In this document: piece by piece, positions 49,149 through 59,687 of the stretch
How positions within the stretch are numbered: the stretch's first letter is position 1
How the letters are laid out: each line of letters opens with the position of its first letter
Made by a program: the position numbers and the translations under genes
Origin: Thermoproteota archaeon
GTDB taxonomy: Archaea > Thermoproteota > Thermoprotei_A > Sulfolobales > Ignisphaeraceae
Assembly: GCA_030550585.1 (NCBI GenBank)
Contig: JAUQPB010000002.1
Location: 256,001-320,000, forward strand
Direction: 5' to 3'
DNA length: 64,000 nucleotides
Notes under the pieces: model-generated
What the model saw: the letters and a program-made list of their open reading frames with translations, nothing else
Told to the model about the DNA's origin: nothing
Database searches by the model: none

Positions 49149-50648
49149 CTACCTCATATACAACCTTTTGACGTATGGAAATGTCCTTGTGAATTCGATG
49201 TCTTTAGAGAATAGAAGCCTTATATCATCGATTCCATATACAACCATAGCCAGTCTCTCCACCCCCATTCCCCACGCCCCAACAGGCGTATCAACACCTA
49301 GGATCTCCAGAACCTCTGGTCTGAACATCCCAGCCCCAAAAACCTCTATCCAGCCATATCCGGGGACATACCCATAGCCCTCAACACTAGGCTCTGTAAA
49401 TGGGAAGTAAGCTGGCTTGAATCTAAACTTTTCTATCCCTATAGCCCTCAGGATCTGGGCTAGCAAGCCCAGAAGCTTCCTAAAGTTGAATCCACGCTCC
49501 ATTATAACCCCATCAAAGTTTGTGAACTCTGGCGAGTGTCTAGGGTCTGGGTTATCTCTTCGGAAAACCCTCGCTATTGTGTATAGTCTTGCCGGAGGCT
49601 TTCTATTGATTAAATGCCTTGCTGTCACAGCTGTTGTATGTGATCTCAGTATAAGCTTAGATGCTTTCTCGTAAGACCACCTGTATCTCCATCCAATGCT
49701 TCCACAGCTTCCACCAGTTTCATGAACAGCCCTAGTCCTTTCAACAACATCTCTAAACATGGATAGATCTGCATAGCCCTCAACAACAAGTATATCGTGA
49801 ATATCTCTTGATGGGTGATCCTGTGCCTGGAACAGTATGTCAAAGTTCCACAGCTCGGGCACTATATAGTCGTCGTCTATCTCCTCGAACCCCAGATCCT
49901 CCATAACATCTCTTATCATATCGACAAACTCTTTGAAGAAATGCTTCTTTCCTGGGTATATCGCTGGGGGCAGGGCATCCAAGTTATAGGCTTTGAATAC
50001 AAAGTTTCTCCAGCTACCGGTTGCAAGCATGTCGTGTGTTAGCTTTGAGGCAGCCGGTTTTTGGTTTACAAGCTTTGCAGCATCTTCATATGGTATAGCA
50101 AGTTTGACAACTCTTCTCTTAGACGGTGAAACATTTATGAGTTTCCTCTTAACAAGCTCTTGGAATACAGCATCATTTTTAATGTTCTCATCGACCTCTC
50201 TTGCATTTGAAAATAGTGTAAGCATCTCCCTATGTTTTTCAAGAGGTGTGAAGCTCTGTAGTTTTATAATTCCCTTCTCTATCCTTATCCAGCCCCTTCT
50301 AACAGCCCAGCTAATACCTATAGACGCTATAGACTCTCCCAACACACTTCTAACATCCTCGATGCTTGTCGAGCCACCGCGGCTCCTCACAAACTCGGCA
50401 ACCTTCTCCTCTGGCAAAGCCTCTATGTATGAAAGCCCCTCCTCAGTTGTCTTGCCTATGTAGACGATATGCTCTTCCACCACAACAATGCCTTTTGATT
50501 TGAGAAGCTCCACTATAGAGTTCAGACCCTCTACACTAAGCCCAGTTTCTCTCGCCAATTCGTCGAGTTCTATAGGCTTGTTAAGCTCAACAATTTTTTT
50601 GAGTACATCGAATTCGCTTTTAGATAACTGTATCTCTAAAACAATTAT
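49149..50648 (-). CDS. pheS: Phenylalanine--tRNA ligase alpha subunit (true start probably upstream of the annotated TTG 50558)
   Basis: WNFDILF..HPSR, RSHTT, HSPEF, YFPFTEPS, GAGMFRPE, GVERLA; in-frame HTH-like extension to about 50648. Confidence 0.93.
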   Translation of the reverse strand: MIVLEIQLSKSEFDVLKKIVELNKPIELDELARETGLSVEGLNSIVELLKSKGIVVVEEHIVYIGKTTEEGLSYIEALPEEKVAEFVRSRGGSTSIEDVRSVLGESIASIGISWAVRRGWIRIEKGIIKLQSFTPLEKHREMLTLFSNAREVDENIKNDAVFQELVKRKLINVSPSKRRVVKLAIPYEDAAKLVNQKPAASKLTHDMLATGSWRNFVFKAYNLDALPPAIYPGKKHFFKEFVDMIRDVMEDLGFEEIDDDYIVPELWNFDILFQAQDHPSRDIHDILVVEGYADLSMFRDVVERTRAVHETGGSCGSIGWRYRWSYEKASKLILRSHTTAVTARHLINRKPPARLYTIARVFRRDNPDPRHSPEFTNFDGVIMERGFNFRKLLGLLAQILRAIGIEKFRFKPAYFPFTEPSVEGYGYVPGYGWIEVFGAGMFRPEVLEILGVDTPVGAWGMGVERLAMVVYGIDDIRLLFSKDIEFTRTFPYVKRLYMR

Positions 50649-50794
50649 GGATGCACCACTGCAAATCCTATTTGGCTGTATACATCTATGCCTAGGAATA
50701 GCTTTTTATCTTTTATTGCTAAAACCCATCTGGGCTAAATACAAATGTTTCAAACATTGCCAAAGATTTAAAATGCTTAAACAGTCTAAGCCTT

Positions 50795-51832
50795 GTGGGC
50801 ATGCCTAACATGTCTGCCAAGCTACCACCAAATATGCTACTCAAATACATCTTTAGTAGAGTGGGCTCAAGAGACCCCTCAGTTATTGTAGGTCCCTCGA
50901 TAGGCGAGGACGCAGCCATAATCGATATTGGCGGCGGTAGGGTGTTAGCCGTTCATGCAGATCCTATAACAGGTGCTGTAGAGCACATTGGCTGGCTGTC
51001 TGTGCATATAGCATGCAACGATATTGCTGTTAGAGGTGCTAGACCCAAGTGGCTTGTGCCAGTGATTCTCTTGCCACAGTCAGCTGGCGACAAACTTGTA
51101 GACGAGATTTCTAGGCAAATGGATGAGGCAGCCAACGAGGTTGGCGCAATGATTGTTGGCGGCCATACAGAGTTTACTTTGGGTCTTTCAAGACCCATAA
51201 TATCTGTGACTGCCATTGGAGTTGCAGATAAGAGTCGGATTGTTGTAACAAGTGGCGCTAGAGTTGGAGACGCTGTTATAATGACCAAGACTGTTGGTGT
51301 TGAGGGCACAGCTATACTGTCAACAGATTTCAGAGATGTTTTACGCGGCTTAGGCGTTTCTGAAGATGTTCTGAAGAGAGGGAGGGAGTTCATCAAAAAG
51401 GTGAGTATAGTTAAGGAAGCGCTTGCACTAGCTGAGGCAGGGCTGGCAACATCTATGCATGATCCGACAGAAGGTGGCTTGGTTGGAGGCTTAGCCGAGA
51501 TTGCATACGCATCTAGGAAAACCATTGAGATATGGGAAGACAGGGTACCTATAGCCGCAGAGACCAGAATAATAGCTAGTGCGCTTAAAATAGATCCGCT
51601 GAAACTAATAGGCTCTGGATCGCTGGTGGCAACTATTCCAGAGGACAGGGTGTCCAAGGCTATAGAGATTCTCAGAGCCCTAGGAGTTGAAGCAACTGTT
51701 ATAGGAAGGGTTTTAGATGCTAGTGACTCCTATGTCGTTATACATAAGAGGGGTGGGGGCATAGAGAAGGTAACAGATGTGTACATTAGAGACGAGATAT
51801 ATACTGTTTGGGAGCGTTTGCAAGGCAAGTGA
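50795..51832 (+). CDS. AIR synthase/PurM-like family protein (HypE-related, function unknown)
   Basis: GEDAA, DPITGA, NDIA, IVGGHTE, MHDPTEGG. Confidence 0.82.
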   Translation: MGMPNMSAKLPPNMLLKYIFSRVGSRDPSVIVGPSIGEDAAIIDIGGGRVLAVHADPITGAVEHIGWLSVHIACNDIAVRGARPKWLVPVILLPQSAGDKLVDEISRQMDEAANEVGAMIVGGHTEFTLGLSRPIISVTAIGVADKSRIVVTSGARVGDAVIMTKTVGVEGTAILSTDFRDVLRGLGVSEDVLKRGREFIKKVSIVKEALALAEAGLATSMHDPTEGGLVGGLAEIAYASRKTIEIWEDRVPIAAETRIIASALKIDPLKLIGSGSLVATIPEDRVSKAIEILRALGVEATVIGRVLDASDSYVVIHKRGGGIEKVTDVYIRDEIYTVWERLQGK

Positions 51833-52020
51833 GTTAAAGAATCATAGAGAACCCACGTCGATGGCCCCACAATTAACGATAATTTTGCGTATCTCATATT
51901 CTCTACATTTCTAGATGGTTCTTTGCCACAATTGTTTTATAGATGTTAAAATATACATTGTCTGTGTAAATAACTTGTTTTTAAATCTTGCATGTATTTA
52001 ATATATAACTAAGTAGATTT

Positions 52021-52512
52021 GTGGCGATGCCTATGCCGAAGGTTGCTGTTATAATGGGTAGTAAGAATGATTGGGAGTATATGAAGGAGGCTGTCGAGGT
52101 TCTTAGGCAGTTTGGTGTTGAGGTAGAGGCAAGGGTTGTTTCTGCGCATAGAACACCCGAGTTCATGTTCGAATTCGCTAAAACAGCTGCTGAGAAGGGC
52201 TTCGAGGTTATAATTGCCGGTGCTGGTGGTGCAGCGCATCTCCCTGGAATGGTTGCATCGCTAACCCACCTACCTGTGATTGGGGTTCCCATACCCTCTA
52301 AACATTTGAATGGTCTGGACTCTCTCTTATCAATTGTTCAGATGCCCTATGGAACCCCTGTTGCAACTGTCGCCATAGGCGGTGCTCGAAATGCTGCTCT
52401 ACTTGCTTTGAGGATTCTGGGTATAAAGTATCCTGAGATTGCAGAAAAGCTGAAGAGGTTTGCGGAGGAGATGAAAAATGAAGTTCTTTCTACAAGACTT
52501 GAGCAGAGTTAG
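52021..52512 (+). CDS. purE: N5-CAIR mutase PurE (start may be 52033)
   Basis: [34 protein letters not shown]. Confidence 0.96.
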   Translation: MAMPMPKVAVIMGSKNDWEYMKEAVEVLRQFGVEVEARVVSAHRTPEFMFEFAKTAAEKGFEVIIAGAGGAAHLPGMVASLTHLPVIGVPIPSKHLNGLDSLLSIVQMPYGTPVATVAIGGARNAALLALRILGIKYPEIAEKLKRFAEEMKNEVLSTRLEQS

Positions 52513-53599
52513 AGTTGGTATTCTTGGTGGTGGACAGCTAGGGTGGATGATGGTTCTAGAGGGTAGGAAATACCCACTGAAATTCTATGTCATGGACTCT
52601 CCAGAAGCTCCAGCCTGTAAAGTTGCTGACAGGTGTTTCAAGCCTGATGAGTATAAGGAGATGATAGACTCTGTAGATGTTGTGACCTTCGAGTTTGAGC
52701 ATGTATACGAAGAAGCCCTTAGATACGCATATGAAAAAGACAAGCTTCTGCCAACTATTGAGAGTGTTGAGCTTAAGAGACAGCGGTGGAAGGAGAGAGT
52801 ATTCTACAAAGAACATGGCATACCAACGCCAAGATTCTTCATAGCACATGATGTGGAGGAGGTATATAGAATAGCGAAAAACGAGTTCGACTACAAATGC
52901 GTTATCAAGCAGTCGACAGGTGGCTACGACGGAAAGGGGCAATTCTTCATAAAGTCTAAAAACGATTTGGACAGTAGCATAGATGTCATTAAAAAGATTT
53001 CAGATGTCTTCGTAGTTGAGGAGTTTGTGGAATTCGACTACGAGGCATCTATAATAGCTATTAGAACATTTGATGGGGTGTTCAAAACATATCCGCCAAC
53101 GTATAACCGCAATGAGAAGGGAATTCTGGTGTACAACTATGGTCCAATAAGCAATACATATATATCGATGAAGATGGTCGAAATAGCTAAGAGACTAGCA
53201 GACTCTCTAAACTATGTCGGTGTCATGGGGATAGAATTCTTTGTCAGAGGAGATGAGGTGCTTGTAAACGAGTTTGCGCCAAGAGTACACAACACAGGAC
53301 ACTACACACTAGACGCTGCATTCACATCCCAATTCGAAAACCATGTAAGAGCGTTGCTAGGGCTAGAAATAGGCGAGACAAAGCTCCTTTCATGCGGGGG
53401 TATGGTAAACATCTTAGGACTTGCCAACCCACCACTAGAGGTTCTGAAATACGGGAAGCTATACTGGTATGGGAAAAACGAGGCTAGAAAAAGAAGGAAA
53501 ATGGGACATGTAAACATAGTTGGAGAAACACTAGAGGAGGTTAAAAACAAGATTGATAAGGTGATGGAGTTGCTATATCCAAATGGACTAGATCTATAG
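52478..53599 (+). CDS. purK: N5-CAIR synthetase PurK (start may be TTG 52499)
   Basis: [45 protein letters not shown]. Confidence 0.95.
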   Translation: MKFFLQDLSRVRVGILGGGQLGWMMVLEGRKYPLKFYVMDSPEAPACKVADRCFKPDEYKEMIDSVDVVTFEFEHVYEEALRYAYEKDKLLPTIESVELKRQRWKERVFYKEHGIPTPRFFIAHDVEEVYRIAKNEFDYKCVIKQSTGGYDGKGQFFIKSKNDLDSSIDVIKKISDVFVVEEFVEFDYEASIIAIRTFDGVFKTYPPTYNRNEKGILVYNYGPISNTYISMKMVEIAKRLADSLNYVGVMGIEFFVRGDEVLVNEFAPRVHNTGHYTLDAAFTSQFENHVRALLGLEIGETKLLSCGGMVNILGLANPPLEVLKYGKLYWYGKNEARKRRKMGHVNIVGETLEEVKNKIDKVMELLYPNGLDL

Positions 53600-53639
53600 A
53601 ATAAGGCATATAAACCAAAATTCCACAAATCTAAATTGA

Positions 53640-53692
53640 ACATGATGAAACGGCTGTAAGCGGAATTGTGAAGAACCGTGTTTAAACTGATT
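53640..53692 (+). ncRNA. C/D-box methylation-guide sRNA
   Basis: C ATGATGA (53642-48), 12-nt guide, D' CGGA, C' GTGAAGA, 12-nt guide, D CTGA (53687-90); intergenic. Confidence 0.8.
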
Positions 53693-53782
53693 ACAAAATG
53701 AATCCATCGCTTATGATGTTCGAGAGGCTCTTTGTTATTGGAAAAATGTTTTTTGTTGAAAAAAGAGTTTAAAAATTTTGTT

Positions 53783-55909
53783 TTACTTTCTTTTTATGAG
53801 CCATCCGATTGCGAATCCTATTATGAGTAGTGCTATTGCTAGTGCTGCTGTTATTGTCCAGTTTGTTACCTCTACTGTTGATGTTGATACTGATACCGAT
53901 GTTGTTGTGACTGTAGCCACTGATGTGACTGTGGCAGTAGCAGTAACTGTGTATGGAATTGTGACTGTTACTGCTTGTGTTGGAGCTGTTGGCGAAGTTG
54001 TTGGTGAAGTTGCTGAAGTTGTTGTTTGCGTTGCGACAGCTTGTAGATCTGCAAAGAACTTTGCAACTGGTATTCTGTTCTGCGGCTTTAGGAATGCTGG
54101 CACGGTGTCTATGTCTGGTGATGTGACTTGTGATGCTGGTTTTAGCTCATATAGTACGAATAGGAATCCTGGATCCCATGTTGTTGCATAGAATGAACCG
54201 TACTTAGCTATTCTATCTGTGTTTGGCCAGCCAACCCAGTAGTCCTCTGAATACTCGTACCAGTGTGGGTCTTGTCCTAGGATAAGGAATGGCAGGTCTC
54301 TAAGCCATATCTCCTGCAACTGTCTAAACAGCTGAACCCTCTTAGCATCATCAAATGTTCTACCAATCTCATCGAGTATGGCGTTTACCTGTGAATTGTT
54401 GTAGCCAGATATTGGCCCTGTCCATGGCTGTCTAGGCAGTCTAGAGTCCATGGCAACATCGAAGTTCACCCATGGTGATGCAGGGCCGAGTCTTGTGCTA
54501 TGCATCCACCAAGCAGAGTCGAAGTCTCCCTGCACAATCTTGTTCCATAGTGCTGAGAAGTCAAGTGTTTGGACATTTGCATCAACACCTAGTGTGTTTC
54601 TCCAGTATTGTGCAATCATTTGTGCAGAGGCTATTACTGGAACCCAGCCTGTTACAGCATATATTGTGAATGAGAAGGGCTGTCCGTTGGGGAGCTCTCT
54701 AATGCCATCACCGTTTATGTCTTTGATTCCAGCCTCGTCAAGAAGCTTCTTGGCGTTGTCTAATGTAGCATTAGCCATGAAGGCATCCACAAGATCCTTG
54801 GCTAGGTAGTGCTCAGTTCTCTCTATACCAGGTATTATAGGTACTGGATAGAGTTTTGGTGGTAGAAGATAGCCTGAGTAAGCGTTTAGCGAAATTTGTT
54901 TTAAGGCCTCCATGTTGTTTGCAAGCAGTGCATAATACAGTGCTTTTCTAACCCTCACATCATTAAACGGATACTTGTTCAGGTTGAATGCAAAGAACAC
55001 TACGCTACCTCCGAAGAAGCATGGTGGACAGTTGTGATTGTCGAAGGTACCTCTCTTTGGATTTTGCTGGATTATCTCCCAGAGCCTGTCGACAAAGTGT
55101 GACATCTGATCTCTTTCACCGTTGATCCAAGCAAGCCTCACTTGCTCATCGCTTTGAGGTGTGATGTGCATGACGAACTTTGGTGCTGGGTATCCAAAGT
55201 ATTTCTCGCCCCACCATTTGATGCCTAGCAGGTCAACTCTTATGAAGGTCCATGAATTTGCTGTGTAGTAGTATAGTTTGTATGGTCCTCCTCCAACTAT
55301 TTGACTTGGGTCGTCATCTTTGAAGTCTGTGGCGATTTTACAGCCCATCTGGCTGTATAGTTGCTCCCATCTGTGCTTGGGCAAGACGAACACTGTTAGA
55401 ATATCTGTTATTCTGAAGTAGTTAACATTGTTTGGATTTAGCTTGAACCTGACTGTGGTGCTGTCAACAACATCGACACTTGATAGGTAGTTCCATATAT
55501 AGCTAAATGAAGTGCTACAAAGCTTATTCACATCAAAACTCCATTTAACATCGTCAGCTGTTATGGGCTGGCCATCCCACCAATAAGCATCTGGCTTAAT
55601 CTTTATCTCTAGTGTTAGGGGGTCTACCCACCTCCAGCTATCTGCAAGGTAAGGCACGAAATCGTCGCTATATGGGCCATAGACGAAGAGGGCTGGGTAC
55701 ATAAGATAGTTTGATCCTGCTGCATAATTTGGTATCAGAATGTTGAAACCACTTGGTGTTCCCCACTGCGTAGAGATTATAACTGTGTCTTGTCTTGGTG
55801 GTGCCTGCTGGGCCTGTCCATATATCATAATTGTCGAGGCTATTATAACCAATGTAACTAGTACCGCTAATGCTATATGTAACTTATTTGGCTTTTTGAC
55901 TATGTTCAA
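53783..55909 (-). CDS. Family 5 (Opp/Dpp) ABC substrate-binding protein with Thr-rich linker and C-terminal anchor; probably binds oligosaccharides
   Basis: WWDGQPITADDV, GGGPYKL, PFNDVRVRKAL, DINGDGIRE, YWVGWP; Thr-rich linker plus TM. Confidence 0.9.
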   Translation of the reverse strand: MNIVKKPNKLHIALAVLVTLVIIASTIMIYGQAQQAPPRQDTVIISTQWGTPSGFNILIPNYAAGSNYLMYPALFVYGPYSDDFVPYLADSWRWVDPLTLEIKIKPDAYWWDGQPITADDVKWSFDVNKLCSTSFSYIWNYLSSVDVVDSTTVRFKLNPNNVNYFRITDILTVFVLPKHRWEQLYSQMGCKIATDFKDDDPSQIVGGGPYKLYYYTANSWTFIRVDLLGIKWWGEKYFGYPAPKFVMHITPQSDEQVRLAWINGERDQMSHFVDRLWEIIQQNPKRGTFDNHNCPPCFFGGSVVFFAFNLNKYPFNDVRVRKALYYALLANNMEALKQISLNAYSGYLLPPKLYPVPIIPGIERTEHYLAKDLVDAFMANATLDNAKKLLDEAGIKDINGDGIRELPNGQPFSFTIYAVTGWVPVIASAQMIAQYWRNTLGVDANVQTLDFSALWNKIVQGDFDSAWWMHSTRLGPASPWVNFDVAMDSRLPRQPWTGPISGYNNSQVNAILDEIGRTFDDAKRVQLFRQLQEIWLRDLPFLILGQDPHWYEYSEDYWVGWPNTDRIAKYGSFYATTWDPGFLFVLYELKPASQVTSPDIDTVPAFLKPQNRIPVAKFFADLQAVATQTTTSATSPTTSPTAPTQAVTVTIPYTVTATATVTSVATVTTTSVSVSTSTVEVTNWTITAALAIALLIIGFAIGWLIKRK

Positions 55910-56010
55910 AACTCACACCTACTAAAACTCTATATACTGCTATGTGAGAGTTTAAAAATTTTAGTTATACATTCGATGCTAAACAGAACATAGAATAAAA
56001 CATAGTTTGG

Positions 56011-56814
56011 TTATTTAAACCATGAGGTGTACAGCTTTGGTATAGAGTCTAGCAGATTACGTGTGTATTCATGCTTGGGGTTGTTCACAATTTCGTCGGG
56101 TGTTCCCTCCTCAATTATTTTACCTCTGTACATAACCATTATCCTGTCAGATATGTAGTATGCCAATCCCATGTCGTGGGTTATGAACATTATTGTTGTT
56201 CCAATTTCTTCTCTCAGCTTTGAAAACAGTCTTAGTATTCCAAGCCTCAGTGTAGCGTCTATCATGCTTGTTGGCTCATCTGCTATAACAAGCATTGGCC
56301 TTATCAAGAATATTCTTGCTATCATAACCCTCTGTCTCATACCCCCAGACAACTCAAATGGCCTTCTATTCAAAACTTCATCCGGTATTAGACCAACCAT
56401 TTGAAGTGCTTCTCTTACAAGCCTCTCTTTGGTGTCTCGATCTAGCTTCTCATTAAACAAATTGAATGCTCTATACATAAAGTCTCTGATCCTATGTGTT
56501 GGATTAAATGATGAGAAAGGATCTTGGAAAACCCCATTGACGTTCCTCCAGTACCATCTCAAATCAGAGCCTCCCCTCAGATCTCTCCAAATATCCCTAC
56601 CCATAAACTTTATGACCCCACTTGTAGGCTTGATTAACCTTAGAATCATTCTAGCCGTTGTTGTTTTTCCAGACCCTGATTCGCCTACCAGAGAGATTAT
56701 CTCTCCTTTTTTCACGCTAAAAGATACTTTGTCAACAGCTACTATCTGTCTTTTCCTTATATATCCAATCTCATATATTTTTGCCAGGTTTTTTACTTCT
56801 AGAATTGTGCTCAT
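56011..56814 (-). CDS. Opp-family ABC ATPase (OppF-like)
   Basis: GESGSGKT, FQDP, LSGGMRQR, ADEPT, ITHD. Confidence 0.92.
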   Translation of the reverse strand: MSTILEVKNLAKIYEIGYIRKRQIVAVDKVSFSVKKGEIISLVGESGSGKTTTARMILRLIKPTSGVIKFMGRDIWRDLRGGSDLRWYWRNVNGVFQDPFSSFNPTHRIRDFMYRAFNLFNEKLDRDTKERLVREALQMVGLIPDEVLNRRPFELSGGMRQRVMIARIFLIRPMLVIADEPTSMIDATLRLGILRLFSKLREEIGTTIMFITHDMGLAYYISDRIMVMYRGKIIEEGTPDEIVNNPKHEYTRNLLDSIPKLYTSWFK

Positions 56815-56825
56815 GTGGTCTCACC

Positions 56826-57806
56826 TCACTTTTTTGCATAGAGCCAGCATGCAACAAAACGCCCCTTCTCAACCTCTATCATAGGCGGCTCCTCCCTTCT
56901 ACAAACATCCATTGCATATGGGCATCTAGGGTGGAACCTACAGCCAGGTGGAGGATTGATAAGACTTGGTGGTTCGCCTGCAATTCCACCTGTCTGTTCA
57001 ACTCTTTTTCTAACCTCTGGCTCTGGAGTTAGAATTGAGAACATTAGGGCCTTGGAATATGGGTGGAATGGGTTGTGTATAAGATCTTCTGTTGGCCCAT
57101 CCTCAACTATTTTACCAGCATACATAACAACTATTCTTGTAGCTATTTGCCTTACAGTTGCAATATCATGTGTTATAAACATGATGCTCTTTGTCAAACC
57201 CATTTTGAAGACATTGTATAGTGTTGTTAGAACCATTTTCTGTGTTGACACATCTAGTGCTGATGTTGGCTCATCTGCTATTAGAAGAGATGGGTTTAGA
57301 AGTGTTGCTAGGGCGATCAACACCCTCTGTCTCATACCGCCTGATAGCTCGAAGGGATACATGTCTAAAGCTATTGGAGGAAGACCTATTTCCTCAAATC
57401 TTTTTCTAGCCATGTCCACTATTTTCTCTCTTGGCAAGCCAGTCTTCTCCTTTACAACATCTGCAATATAGTCTTTCACTCTTGTAACCGGTATAATCGC
57501 GTTCATTGCCGACTGTGGTATGAGAGATATTTTTGTTCCTGCAATCCTCTTTCTAGCCTCTGATATGGGAATACTGGTTACATCCTCCCCATCAATAATT
57601 ATCTTCCCTCCGACAAGCTTTAGCGGAGGGATAAAGTCTAGTGCAAGAACTCTTGAAAGTGTTGATTTGCCACAACCACTTTCTCCAACAACACCAACGA
57701 TCTCCCTTTCACCAATTTTGAGATTAACTCCGTCAACAGCTTTGACAGAGCCTCTCCTAAGCATATAGTATGCTCTCAGATCAATTGTTTCAACTACGTA
57801 TCCCAT
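56826..57806 (-). CDS. Opp-family ABC ATPase (OppD-like; probable start ATG 57806)
   Basis: GESGCGKS, LSGGMRQR, HPYS, GCRFHPRCP..C..C; SD GAGGTGA before 57806. Confidence 0.92.
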   Translation of the reverse strand: MGYVVETIDLRAYYMLRRGSVKAVDGVNLKIGEREIVGVVGESGCGKSTLSRVLALDFIPPLKLVGGKIIIDGEDVTSIPISEARKRIAGTKISLIPQSAMNAIIPVTRVKDYIADVVKEKTGLPREKIVDMARKRFEEIGLPPIALDMYPFELSGGMRQRVLIALATLLNPSLLIADEPTSALDVSTQKMVLTTLYNVFKMGLTKSIMFITHDIATVRQIATRIVVMYAGKIVEDGPTEDLIHNPFHPYSKALMFSILTPEPEVRKRVEQTGGIAGEPPSLINPPPGCRFHPRCPYAMDVCRREEPPMIEVEKGRFVACWLYAKK

Positions 57807-57816
57807 TGTTCTCACC

Positions 57817-58659
57817 TCATGCTGTTCCAAGTTTTGGTGAGAAGTACTCATCTAGTGATATTGCAACTAGATATAGTGAAAGGTATATTAATATCATGAC
57901 TAGTGTAGGTGGAACAACTGTCCACCAAATACCTTGTGTAATGTTCGCATATAATTGTGCTATGTAGAGTATGAGCCCAAGTGTAATGTCCTTTGTCATG
58001 CCAACACCGACAATGGTCAAACCAACTTCAGCTGTTATAGCTGATGTGAATAGCATTGCAAACGATGCTAATATATATGGCGATATTATTGGTACAATAT
58101 CCCTCAATATTATGCTGACTCTAGATGCACCAGACAGTATAGCCATCTTAATGAACTCTGACTGCAGTATGCTCATAGTTCTTGATCTGAACCCCCTTGC
58201 CCACCCACCCCAGGAAGTTATGCCGATGACAAATCCCACGAGCCATATATTTCTAGCTCCTGGACTTAGATAGGCTGCTAAGACCATCATAAGGAGTAGA
58301 GATGGTATAATAATGAAAACTTCTGAGATCACCATAATCACCTTATCGACTAAACCACCAAATACAGCAGCTATGGTTCCTAGAAACAGTGATAGACCTA
58401 GCGCAATCCCAGCTGCGACAGCACCAACAAGTAGGGAGCCTCTTATGCCATATAGGAGTTGTGCTAGAACATCCCTGCCCAGGGCGTCTATCCCAAGGGG
58501 ATGGCTAGGCGATGGCGGAGTGTACCTAGGCCCAACAATATCTGTTGGAGAGACTCTGTATATTAGAGGGCCCACCAAACCAAGGGCTACAATAGTCAAG
58601 AATATTGCCAGTCCTGCAACAAACTTTGGTATTCTGAACAAGTCTGTTAGTATGCTCAT
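57817..58659 (-). CDS. Opp-family ABC permease (OppC-like)
   Basis: PPS..HPLGIDALGRD, EFIKMAILSGAS. Confidence 0.9.
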   Translation of the reverse strand: MSILTDLFRIPKFVAGLAIFLTIVALGLVGPLIYRVSPTDIVGPRYTPPSPSHPLGIDALGRDVLAQLLYGIRGSLLVGAVAAGIALGLSLFLGTIAAVFGGLVDKVIMVISEVFIIIPSLLLMMVLAAYLSPGARNIWLVGFVIGITSWGGWARGFRSRTMSILQSEFIKMAILSGASRVSIILRDIVPIISPYILASFAMLFTSAITAEVGLTIVGVGMTKDITLGLILYIAQLYANITQGIWWTVVPPTLVMILIYLSLYLVAISLDEYFSPKLGTA

Positions 58660-58661
58660 CC

Positions 58662-59687
58662 CTACTCACCTGCATATGCATATCTAACCCTAGGGTCTAC
58701 TACAGCAAATATTATCTCTGATATGAAGTTGGCTAAGAGAATAGTCCCAATTAATATAACGAAGTATCCTTGGATAAGCATATAGTCCTGTGCTTGTATC
58801 GCTGACCAGAGGGCAGTGCCTATACCTGGATAGGCAAATATAATCTCAGTTATTATAGAGCCTGCAACACTCCATCCAAGTACTATGGCAAGACCAACAA
58901 TCTGTGGCAAAGCAGATAGCCTGAATAGGTAGCTCTGCGTTTTTCTCGGGGAAATTCCTATTACCCTGGCATAGTCCATGTAATCCATTGAAAGCTCTTG
59001 TATAGCTATATTCCTCATACTGAGCCCCCAGCCGCCAAGCGATGTTAGGAATATTGAAAGGAATGGAAGTATGTAGTGGTGGAGGTAGTCAACTATGAAA
59101 CTCCATGAGAGCGATGGTATCGCAGTTGGTGAATAAGCTCCACTTGCTGGAAACCATTTTGTGGCAACTGCTAGCAGGACAAGGTACATACCGAAAACAT
59201 ATGCTGGTGTACCCTGCAAAGCTGCAAGCAGGGGTAGCAACACCTTGTCAACAGCCTTTCCCCTATTCATAGCGGCTATAACGCCAACGTAATTGCCTAC
59301 AATCCATGAAGCTATTATTGCTGGGACAAGCAGTGCAAGTGTCCATGGTAGATACATTGCCACAATCTCATTGACAGTTCGTGGGAAGTATGTTATCGAT
59401 TTTCCAAGATCTCCGTGAAGCAGGTTGATAAGGAAGTCGAAGTACTGTTCATATAATGGTCTATCCAGCTTGAAGTAGTCCATAAGCATCTTCTCCACAG
59501 ATTTGATCATCTCCGGATTTGATGCAGATTGTTGCAGTATCTGATATACCTTTACAGCGAGAGGGTTTCCAGGTATTATCCTAGGTAACAGGAACATTAT
59601 TGTTGATGCAACGAAAAAGGATAGCACCATGATACCCAGTCTCTTCAGTATAAATACTATAAAAGGATTTATTTTTGGCAAGATCAC
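58662..59687 (-). CDS. Opp-family ABC permease (OppB-like)
   Basis: PGNP, GDLGKS, HYILP, DYMDYARVIG, EIIFAYPGIG, DPRVR. Confidence 0.9.
   Translation of the reverse strand: MILPKINPFIVFILKRLGIMVLSFFVASTIMFLLPRIIPGNPLAVKVYQILQQSASNPEMIKSVEKMLMDYFKLDRPLYEQYFDFLINLLHGDLGKSITYFPRTVNEIVAMYLPWTLALLVPAIIASWIVGNYVGVIAAMNRGKAVDKVLLPLLAALQGTPAYVFGMYLVLLAVATKWFPASGAYSPTAIPSLSWSFIVDYLHHYILPFLSIFLTSLGGWGLSMRNIAIQELSMDYMDYARVIGISPRKTQSYLFRLSALPQIVGLAIVLGWSVAGSIITEIIFAYPGIGTALWSAIQAQDYMLIQGYFVILIGTILLANFISEIIFAVVDPRVRYAYAGE

Noticed and set aside
50953-51657. Long antisense ORFs (also 59912-60601, 23632-24285, 34367-34894)
   Set aside because: They overlap well-supported genes on the opposite strand and carry no motifs
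50795-51832. SelD, which would support Sec at the GH4 TGA
   Set aside because: Lacks the N-terminal Cys/Sec-x-x-Lys motif of SelD; matches the generic HypE-like AIR synthase family
53778-54191. 137-aa Val-rich + strand ORF and GTT/GT-rich repeats
   Set aside because: Antisense shadow of the Thr-rich linker of the SBP
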